The notes under the pieces: model-generated
Told to the model about the DNA's origin: nothing
The model's input: the letters and a program-made list of their open reading frames with translations, nothing else
Database searches by the model: none
Shown: one piece after another, positions 10,156 through 18,900 of the stretch
How the letters are laid out: each line of letters opens with the position of its first letter
Numbering within the stretch: the first letter of the stretch is position 1
Source of the DNA: an uncultured Gemmatimonadaceae bacterium
GTDB taxonomy: Bacteria > Latescibacterota > UBA2968 > UBA8231
Direction of reading: 5' to 3'
NCBI GenBank assembly: GCA_964520345.1
Contig: CAZFMY010000014.1
Location: 10,671 to 74,670, forward strand
Length of the DNA: 64,000 nt
Translations under genes and position numbers: made by a program

Positions 10156-10248
10156 TGATCCAGGGAATAATTATCGGTCCGCCTCTACCAAGCCAGTGAG
10201 AGTTCGATAAGCCAAACGGACCGAGGCCGCGACTAAGCCCCCATCGCC

Positions 10249-13200
10249 CTACTTCACCAAGGTCATCCGCCCTAGTTGCGTCAACTCGCCGACTCGCACC
10301 CGACAGAAGTAGACCCCCGATCCGACCTCGCGGCCGGCTGCGTCCTTCCCTTCCCACACTGCGCGATGATAACCCGGCGCCAGCGGTTCCTGCAAAAGCA
10401 CCCGCACTCGCTGCCCCAGCGCGTTGAAAATCTCTACCGAAGTCGGCACCGGTCCATTGCCAAACGAGGGTACCGCAAATGGAATCGTCGTCGATGGATT
10501 GAATGGGTTCGGATAGTTCGGCGTAAGCACAAATTCTTCGGGGATACCCAAGAGACTGGGATCGCGCAACCATTCCAGCGGCTCGCTGCGATAATCCGAG
10601 CTAATCATTCGGCCTTCTTCGACCTGCAGCGATTCGGGAAATCCATCGCGGTGCAGACGGATCACGACCCGTAGTAATTCGCCATCACCAGCCGCTGCCC
10701 AATGCTTGCCGTAACGAGCCCCCGCCACCGCGATATGGCCTTCCTCAGCACTCAAGCGCTGAAAGGCCCCGAGTGGATTTTCGTCAAATACCGAGCCCAG
10801 ATCCGGATCGCCGATCACGCTGAGGTCGAATGGATCATAGCGCAGTTCCATTTCATATCCGGCCAGATCTTGTAAATCGCGGGCGAGGAAGACCAGTTCG
10901 ACCTCCTGCCCAGCACGCCATTCGCCGGCAAAATCGGGTGCGACAATATCCAGCGCCGAATTAGAATTGGATGGTGGCAAAGCTCGCTTGAAAACCGGTG
11001 GAGCTCCAAAACCAGTGCTATTGCTGATATTCGATGTCGCCAGTGAGAGGTCTTCCACCCCGACGCGACCATCGTTGGTCACATCAGCCCGAGCAAAATT
11101 GGCAACGCTGCTATCAATCCCCCAGGCCGCATCAATGGTGTTGACATCATCCTCATCGATTTCATTATCTCCACTGGCATCTCCCCCCTTGAGCAAGCGA
11201 CCATCCTGTTCGAGCAAAATCGACGGATCACCGCGCACGTCGGAGGCAAAGAAGCCGCTACTCGACGAGAGTACAATGGTCTCACCACTGCGGATCGCCA
11301 GCGTATCGGTGCGCCCGCTCAGATGGCTGGTATCCTTGACACTCAGGACATAACGACCAACCGGGATACTCACCAGCGTCAGTGCCCCCGAACTCGTCGT
11401 CTGCACTTCGACCGTGTCGGTCGTTGCGGGCAAATCGTCGTTGGCGCTGAGATAAATCGCATCGGCAATATCGATAGTACTACCCGGCAGACGCAGATGC
11501 ACATCGAGCAAGGTGCTGTGATCGCCACTGCCCTCGCTGCGTCCTTCGAGAAGAACTGTGGCCAGAACCCGCCCGCGCGCCACAACCTGCAGCCGGGCAT
11601 TCTGCACCGAAAGACCAGTGCTTTGCTTGAGCGCGCTGGCCGAACCGGTGATGCTCAACGCTGCCTCATCGGAGTCGAAGACGATATTCATAACGCCGGT
11701 GACTCCGCTCTGTACCACGATTTGAAAAGTGGCCAGACGCTCCTGATCGCCGTTGGAACCGACGATCTCACCGCCGGTTTTGTTTTTGGTGAAGCGAATC
11801 TGGGTGCCGGAACTGGTATTCTCAGCTATAGAACCACCGCTGAACACCTCTCCCAGATCGGTGCAAGGGCTGCCCGGGTTTATCACGGTAAAAAGACTTG
11901 AGCCCAGCTCGACAACCGCGCTGACCGACTCGATCGACTGGCTCTTGGACTGAACCCTGATTTCGAAGGTCAGCGTGTCGCCGGGCGAAGCCAGGAGCTT
12001 GCTCGGACTCAGTGAAAGCAGCGGTACCGAGCCAGAACCATTGCCAACGACCAGTTCGTTTGAGAATTTATTCAAACGCCCGGTAGTATTATCGGCAAAG
12101 GTCGCGTCGGCGCTAATTCCCGCGTACACCGAATAAGTTCCCACGGGCATTGCAAAAGAACTGGTTTCCGTATCCCAGGTAAACGAGTTGTCGCTGCTCT
12201 CGCGCAGTTCGGTGATTGTACCGGCACTCGTACCATCGGAACTGTTGATTATGAATGCATTGCCGCCGCCATCTCCCAGATCGCCCTCCAGGCTCTCCAG
12301 TGTGGTATGTGCACCGTTGGCTGCTGCATAGAGACGTATATAGGCATCGTCGGTACCCGAAGCATCATCGACCAGGTAGTCATCCCACTCAAAGCGCAAA
12401 ATATCGCCCCGACCGATCTCGGGCAAGCGGGTATTGGCCTGAATAAAGGGATTGTGAGTAATGGTCAGTGAGCCACCGCGGGCCACCGTGGTATTGCCAT
12501 TGCCATCGGTCACCACTGCGTAAATCCAGACCTGACGACCGCTTTTGGGCACTGCGTTAGGCGGATTGCGCAAATCCCAGACGTACATATCGTTCCTGCC
12601 ATCGCTGTCTTCGCTAAGCCCATTGACGATCAGTTTGGTATCGACATCGCTGGTCAGTGCCGTCGATGCGGCACCCGACTCGGTCGAGTAATCGGTGGTT
12701 GCCGGATCATCGGTGGTGAAGTACAGCGCAATACTCGCATCGTGGTCGAGATCCTTATCCCCTGGCCCTTTCTGCCACTGGATAGTATAAACCGGCTGCG
12801 ACCCCGAATCTACGCTGCGCTGAGTGTCCTCGGCCGGCTCGTAAAAAGTAAAGGCCGGCGAGTGCTTGACCACCAGAGCAGTGCTGCTATTACCGACACT
12901 GACACTGATCGAATCGGTTGCTACTGCATAGAGGTAGTAGATCCCCTCGGCGACCAACGGCGAACCAATATCCCAGGCGTACTCCACGTCGCGACTGCTC
13001 AAGGTCGTCGAATCGGTAATCGCCGTACCCCGAGTACCGGACACGCTTTTGCCCAGTGCGAATTTCTGGTGCGGATAGTTGCCCGATGCCGAAACCGAGG
13101 TGATGCCACTCACCGAGGCATAGAAGAGTTGCACCCGTGCTTCACTGTCGTAATCAAAGACGGTGAAATCCAGATCGTAAGGGCTGGCCTTGATGCCAGT

Positions 13201-15900
13201 GCGCACCCCGGTATCGACGGTATCGGCCGCGATAGGATCAATCTGCTCGATCACCGGACTGTGGAGCAAAGTCAGCGGCCCGGAACTGACGGCAAAAGTA
13301 GGTGGATTTTTCTGATCGTCGGCAATAATATAAATATGGTAGGTGCCGCTGGGCACTCGTAAGATCGAAGCGAAAAGCGAAGTCTTGAGCGCCGCGGGCG
13401 GATCGTCCCAGGTATAGGTCTGTTCGTTGCCTTCGGTCAAGTCGTCAGTCCCGGCTGGATTGACGCTGCTCAGGTCGTTTTCATCGGCGATCAGCATCCC
13501 GAAGATGCGGATATCCTGCACGGTCTTCAGCCCATTGGTCGGATAGGCGTAGAGCGCCACTTTGAGATTTGCGCCCAGGTCGTCATCGCCATCGACGGCG
13601 CTGTATTGGATCGCGAAGGAAGTATTGGCCAGATCTCCGCTGCCATCGGGCTGGGCGATCGAAACGATCGGCTTGATATTGGAGGTTACTATATCGATAT
13701 CGGCTCCCAGCAGAAAGAAATCGCCAGCACCTACGAAAGAGCCCGTCGGATCGGCAGCGACCCTCACCGTCCGCGCCCCCAACCCACTGCCGCCCGCGCT
13801 GGCAGTCGAATGGGTCACGACTTGTAAATTAGTCGCCGAATCGCTGCCGAGCACATTGAGCTTGAGCAAGAGACCGACCTTATCGCCGTCGTCGCCCCAT
13901 TCGTTAAGCGAAGAAGAATCCTCGTCGATCAGCCCCTCGAAAAACTTATCATCGTCGGCGAGACTGGTGGCTACCGTCTCCCAGTCGCCGGCCAGAAAAC
14001 CGTCGGAGCTAGCGGCCTGGGCACCAAGGCCGCTACCGTCCGCAGGATCGGCCACATGCACATAGACCGGATTATCAACCAATTCAGCAGTAATACTCTG
14101 GGGATTGACCGGAGTATAAGACAATGTGTACTGGTACGCTCCGACTGGAATCGAGTCGTCTTCGAACGTCGAAGCTTTACCCAGCACCTTGAAATAGGCA
14201 TGGTGATTGACATCGGTTTGGTGACCCAAACCGAACCCTTCACCACTCCCACCGGCAAAGGCCAGATAGATATTTTCCTCATCCGGGTTTTCGGCCAGGA
14301 CCGGGCTCAGCAAGAAGACATCGCCAGTGGCAATACCGTCCTGCGTACCCGTGCCGTCGGAGTCGTCATCGGCCACTTTCTCGGGCAGGGTCCAGCTGGT
14401 GCCGTTGTAGCGCGCATAGTAAATGTCGTGCTCGGCGCTGCCCGAATTGCCGGCGCTGAAAGCGATGTGTAAGTCGCCCCGATCGTCGAATCGATCGTCG
14501 ACTATCGCTGCGATGCGCTCGGTGATTTCCCAGTCCAATTCGATATTGTAATTGCCGGCCCCGTCGGCGAAAAGTGGCGGTGACGCCGTCTTCCAAATCG
14601 ACGTGGCGGAACCCCAGGTGACACCGCTGCCCACCAATCCCGAATCGGCGTAACTATTGAAATAGACCCCTTCTACTGGAGTCGCATCGCCAAATTTGAA
14701 AAGCGAGTAGACCTGATCAGGCAGGCGATTGCGATCTACGACGACTGTGGGAAAGAAATAATCGGCAGCGACCTCAACTGCCGCGTTAGCCTCATCGTCA
14801 AAAGTACCCACCGCCGCCCCGTCCGCATCCTGATTCCAACCATTGGCGCTCAGATCGATCCAGGTGGTATCGGTGGCCATTCGTTTGTGTTCGATACGAT
14901 CATCAGTATCATTGAAATAGACCAGGTGCAGTGCATCGCCATCCCCCACTGCCAGGTCCGGTCCGGTCGCTCTATCACCGTTTGGCGAGAGCCGGATACC
15001 CCCGGTACCTGCGGTTCCTGATTCGCCGATTGGCAGGATCGAAAAAGGCGAAGTGAAGCGATTGACTTTGGCCAGCATCACATCGTCGCTACCGGCCCCG
15101 GAGCCACGTACATAGGAGATGAAGATATTGTCGCGATCGTCGATGACCATCTGCGGAAAGGCGCTCTTGCGGCCTTCGACCGCTCCGCCGACCCGGGTGT
15201 CATTAACCTGAAGCGGCATCGGCCAGGTGGTGCCCCCATCGTTTGAGTAGGCCAGGTAGATATTCTTCTTGCGCTCGCGATCTGCCGTCGAAACAAAGCC
15301 GTAGACCACTCGCGGTTGTCCTCCGCTGTCAACTTCGAGATCGAGAGTCGAAAACGAACCCCCGCCGCCGTTGACCGTAAGCGGGTGGTAGGTGATATCG
15401 CCCGTGATGCTCACCGCCGCATCGAAATTCGCGCCGCCGTCGAAACTGCGCGAATACATGACGCGGTAGAGCGGCGTGGAGCCTCCGGTATAGGGAAATC
15501 CCGCGCGCGGGGTGGTCGTGGTCTGCTCGATCCAGGCCATATGGATGGCCGGATGGGTCGCCGAAGAGGTATAACCTGGAGCGGGGATATTGTCGTTGAC
15601 GCCGAAAGGCACTACATCGACCATCGCGATATCCACCTGCATTCCATCGGTATCGACTGAACCGATCTGCTCGCTGCGCTCAACGCTGTGAAAATGGCCG
15701 ACGAGCGGATATTCGTAACTCGCCGCCTGATCCAGGTCGACGCGAATATTGATGGACTCACCGACGACGAAATCGGTCCGGACCGTACTGTCCTGTACGG
15801 AGAAGCCGACTGGGGTTTTGTTCTCGAAGGTCGGTTTAACCGCCCGAAGTGCACTGGCTGTAGAGAGCACCAGCGCGCTATAGAGCAAGAGGCTTCGCAT
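10249..15900 (-). CDS. Giant secreted surface protein A: Asp-box/BNR region, Ig-like repeats, cohesin-like x2, dockerin, T9SS CTD
   Basis: Signal peptide MRSLLLYSALVLSTASALRA. Canonical Asp-box SNDGGTTW at nt 15223..15246. C-terminal modules are listed as separate features. The start is ATG 15898..15900 (TGATG overlap with the upstream stop) or GTG 15901..15903. Confidence 0.9.
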   Translation of the reverse strand: MRSLLLYSALVLSTASALRAVKPTFENKTPVGFSVQDSTVRTDFVVGESINIRVDLDQAASYEYPLVGHFHSVERSEQIGSVDTDGMQVDIAMVDVVPFGVNDNIPAPGYTSSATHPAIHMAWIEQTTTTPRAGFPYTGGSTPLYRVMYSRSFDGGANFDAAVSITGDITYHPLTVNGGGGSFSTLDLEVDSGGQPRVVYGFVSTADRERKKNIYLAYSNDGGTTWPMPLQVNDTRVGGAVEGRKSAFPQMVIDDRDNIFISYVRGSGAGSDDVMLAKVNRFTSPFSILPIGESGTAGTGGIRLSPNGDRATGPDLAVGDGDALHLVYFNDTDDRIEHKRMATDTTWIDLSANGWNQDADGAAVGTFDDEANAAVEVAADYFFPTVVVDRNRLPDQVYSLFKFGDATPVEGVYFNSYADSGLVGSGVTWGSATSIWKTASPPLFADGAGNYNIELDWEITERIAAIVDDRFDDRGDLHIAFSAGNSGSAEHDIYYARYNGTSWTLPEKVADDDSDGTGTQDGIATGDVFLLSPVLAENPDEENIYLAFAGGSGEGFGLGHQTDVNHHAYFKVLGKASTFEDDSIPVGAYQYTLSYTPVNPQSITAELVDNPVYVHVADPADGSGLGAQAASSDGFLAGDWETVATSLADDDKFFEGLIDEDSSSLNEWGDDGDKVGLLLKLNVLGSDSATNLQVVTHSTASAGGSGLGARTVRVAADPTGSFVGAGDFFLLGADIDIVTSNIKPIVSIAQPDGSGDLANTSFAIQYSAVDGDDDLGANLKVALYAYPTNGLKTVQDIRIFGMLIADENDLSSVNPAGTDDLTEGNEQTYTWDDPPAALKTSLFASILRVPSGTYHIYIIADDQKNPPTFAVSSGPLTLLHSPVIEQIDPIAADTVDTGVRTGIKASPYDLDFTVFDYDSEARVQLFYASVSGITSVSASGNYPHQKFALGKSVSGTRGTAITDSTTLSSRDVEYAWDIGSPLVAEGIYYLYAVATDSISVSVGNSSTALVVKHSPAFTFYEPAEDTQRSVDSGSQPVYTIQWQKGPGDKDLDHDASIALYFTTDDPATTDYSTESGAASTALTSDVDTKLIVNGLSEDSDGRNDMYVWDLRNPPNAVPKSGRQVWIYAVVTDGNGNTTVARGGSLTITHNPFIQANTRLPEIGRGDILRFEWDDYLVDDASGTDDAYIRLYAAANGAHTTLESLEGDLGDGGGNAFIINSSDGTSAGTITELRESSDNSFTWDTETSSFAMPVGTYSVYAGISADATFADNTTGRLNKFSNELVVGNGSGSVPLLSLSPSKLLASPGDTLTFEIRVQSKSQSIESVSAVVELGSSLFTVINPGSPCTDLGEVFSGGSIAENTSSGTQIRFTKNKTGGEIVGSNGDQERLATFQIVVQSGVTGVMNIVFDSDEAALSITGSASALKQSTGLSVQNARLQVVARGRVLATVLLEGRSEGSGDHSTLLDVHLRLPGSTIDIADAIYLSANDDLPATTDTVEVQTTSSGALTLVSIPVGRYVLSVKDTSHLSGRTDTLAIRSGETIVLSSSSGFFASDVRGDPSILLEQDGRLLKGGDASGDNEIDEDDVNTIDAAWGIDSSVANFARADVTNDGRVGVEDLSLATSNISNSTGFGAPPVFKRALPPSNSNSALDIVAPDFAGEWRAGQEVELVFLARDLQDLAGYEMELRYDPFDLSVIGDPDLGSVFDENPLGAFQRLSAEEGHIAVAGARYGKHWAAAGDGELLRVVIRLHRDGFPESLQVEEGRMISSDYRSEPLEWLRDPSLLGIPEEFVLTPNYPNPFNPSTTIPFAVPSFGNGPVPTSVEIFNALGQRVRVLLQEPLAPGYHRAVWEGKDAAGREVGSGVYFCRVRVGELTQLGRMTLVK
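10252..10530 (-). other. T9SS type-A C-terminal sorting domain of protein A
   Basis: VLTPNYPNPFNPSTTIPFAVP...VEIFNALGQRVRVLL...GVYFCRVRVGE...GRMTLVK. Confidence 0.85.
10570..10953 (-). other. Cohesin-like module 2 of protein A (boundaries approximate)
   Basis: LDIVAPDFAGEWRAGQEVELVFLARDLQDLAGYEMELRYDPFDLSVIGDP...GELLRVVIRL fits the cohesin beta-sandwich signature (G.eV.l.v....l..laG.e..l.YDp..L). Assigned by eye only. Confidence 0.55.
11017..11184 (-). other. Dockerin (type-I-like, two Ca-binding segments) of protein A
   Basis: GDASGDNEIDEDDVNTIDAAWG ... ADVTNDGRVGVEDLSLATSNI. Both loops carry D/S/T at positions 1, 3 and 5 and D at position 12 of the EF-hand-like loop. Verified by reverse-complementing nt ~11120-11184. 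Confidence 0.75.
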
Positions 15901-18900
15901 CACTTGACCAGAGTCATCTTGCGGATCTGTTGGAATTGGCCGCTCTCGAGCCGGTAAAAGTACACACCGGCCCCCACCTGGCGCCCCGTATCATCGCGGC
16001 CATCCCAGGCCATCTGGTGGTACCCCGCCTCTACCGGGCCATTGAGCAAAGTCCGCATCCGCTGTCCCAGGACATTGAAGACCGAGAGTCGCACCGATGC
16101 CCGGTTCGGCAGGGCAAAGGGGATACTGGTACTGGGATTGAAGGGATTGGGATAATTTTGTTCGAGATCGGGCCTGAGCGGCAATAGCGCTTCGATCAGA
16201 TTGCCCTGCCAGCGCACCCTTTCTAGCTCATAACCCGAGCTGAGCAACATACCCTCCCCTGTCCGCAGCGACTCCAGCGCATCCTCGTGCAAAATCTCGA
16301 AGCGCAAGCGCGCCAAAGCCCCCTGCCCCACTGCCGACCACTCTTTGCCGTAACGAGCCCCGATCACTTCGATCGTGCCTCCATGATCGGTACGAGCTTC
16401 AAAGATGGCTCCGCGCGGGTTCTCGGCAAAAACATCTCCCTCTCTTGTTCCGCCCGGAACCAGGCGCATGAGCTGCGGATCGAAATACAGATCAAACTCG
16501 TAACCAGCCAGATCACCGAGGTTCTGCGCCTGTACCGCCACCTCGATTTCCCGACCAGGCCACAGCGGTTGACGCAGATCGAAAAGCGGGAGTATTTCCA
16601 CCACAGCCCCATCGTTTGCCCCGGGCACGATCGGTTTGAAGACCGGCGGGGCTCCAAAACCCTCACTATTGCCAAAATTAGATGTCGTCGCCGTCAGATC
16701 GGCCGCCCCAACCTCATTATCGTTATTGAGATCGGCCTGCTGGAATCTCGGTGCGATCTGCGAAGTGCCCCAGGCCGCGATGATGATGTTGACATCGTCC
16801 TCGTTTATTTCGTTGTCCTCGCTGGCGTCTCCGGCCATCAGCCGCCTTCCCGAATTGTCCAGTAGCGTCGTCGGATCGCCGCGCAGATCGGAGCTGAAGA
16901 AACCACTGATGTCGGTACCGACCGCCACGGTCTGGCCGTTGGCCACGGTGAATGTATCGGTGCGCCCGCTGATATGGCTCGAATCCTTGACGGTCAACAC
17001 ATAGCGCCCCGGCGGCACACTGCTGAGAGTCAAAGCCCCGGTTGTCAAAGCCGTCTCGACCTCGACGGTATCGCTAGTGGCGGTATAGTCGTCATTGGCG
17101 CTGATGAAGATCGGGTCGGTGATATCGATGGTGCTGCCCGGCTGCCGCAAATGCACATCGAGTAAGGTCTGGAAGTTATTGTCGTTCAGCGTGCGGCCTT
17201 CCAATTCCACAATGGCGGTGATCGTGCCGCGCGTAACGCGGGTGAATTGCGGATTTGAAAGCGTCAGTCCATCCCCACTGTCGAAAGGGTCGGAACGACC
17301 TTCGACCCCGAGCACCGTTCCCGCTTCACCGGTAGCGAAGGTCAACGAGGGTGCTGCCACTAAATTGCCAGTGGGAACCAGCTGGAATCGCGCCAGCCGT
17401 GCCGGCTGGGTAGCACTGCCGACGACCTGGCCCAGGAAACTGGATTTGGAAAAGCGCAGTTCGTTGCTGCCGCTGACGAAGGTATTCTCGATCGGGCTGG
17501 TACCGGCGAAGACCTCGTCGAGATCGACAAATGGCTGAGGGCCGGAATTCGAGCTCTGATCAACGATCGAAAAACTGGTACTACTGTTGAGATCGAGCAC
17601 AACCTGTACGAAGTTGATCGGACTAGTGTGCTGAACCATCACGTCCAGAGTCAAGGTATCGCCCACAGCCACCAATTGATCGGTCGGGCTGACACTGATA
17701 TTGGGCATCGAACCAGTACCCGAAAGGCTCAGCGCTGCCACCGAGCGACTGACCGAAGCCGCGTTGCTGCCATTACTGAAGGTCGGATCGGATAAGATCG
17801 CCGCATAGATATAGTAGTTGGATCCGGCAGCGCCGAAGAGTTTGGTATTCCAGTCGAAGAAGTCGAGACTATCTTCGCGCACCTCGCTGATCGTGCCCGT
17901 CGTCAGGCCATTGGAGCTGTTGATCAGGAACCCGTTATTACCGATATCGGCCTCGAGTAGCTGGGGAGTCAGCAAAGACGATGAGGTCGAGGCATAGAGC
18001 CGAATATAGGCATTGTCGGTACTCGAACCATCATCGACCATATAGTCGTCCCAGGTGATGCGCAGAACATCGTTTTTCTGGAAATTGCTATAGCTGTTCA
18101 GCTTTGAGCTGAGCAGATTGATATGCGGATCGTGCTCTATCGTCAGCGCCCCACCCAGCGCCACGCTGCTGTTGCCGCTGGAGTCGCTGATCACCGCATA
18201 GAGCCAGACCTTGCGCTTGGAACGCGGTACGTCGTTGGGGGGGCTGCGAAAATCCCAAATGTACATATCGGACTTGCCTTCGGCGTCCTCCTTCAGCCCT
18301 TTGACCACGGTCCGAGTATCGGCATCCTTGAGCAGTGAATCGGGAAAATTCTCGTAATTGACCGTCGCCGGGTTATCGGTGGTGAAGTAGAGATCGATCA
18401 TTGCATCGTTGTCGAAATCCTGATCGCTGCGCCCTTTTTGCCACTGAATAGCATAGACCGGCTGCGATCCGCTATTGATATTTCGGTGGGTGTCCTTCGG
18501 CGGCTCGTAGAAGGTGAACGACGGCGAGTGCTTGACCGTCAGCGCCGCGGCCGACTGACCGACTGCGAGATTGAGCGAGTCGCTGGCCACCAGGTAGATG
18601 AAATAGGCGTTCTCGGCTACGATCTGCGAATCGATACCGGCGCCAACGCGGACGGCAACTGAATCCGTTATGTCCCAGGAGAACTCGGTGGCGATACTGG
18701 TCAGAGTATCGGTTCCGGTGATCGGGATCGCCCTGACTCCCGATACGCTCTTGCCCAGCGTGAAGCGCTGGTTGGGGAAGGTTCCGATGACCGATACTGA
18801 AGAGAGACCACTCACCGACGCATAGAAGAGCTGGATCTCGGCCGTACCCTGCAAATCGAAGTCGCGCACGGTGAAATCGAGATCGTAGGGATTCGCATTT

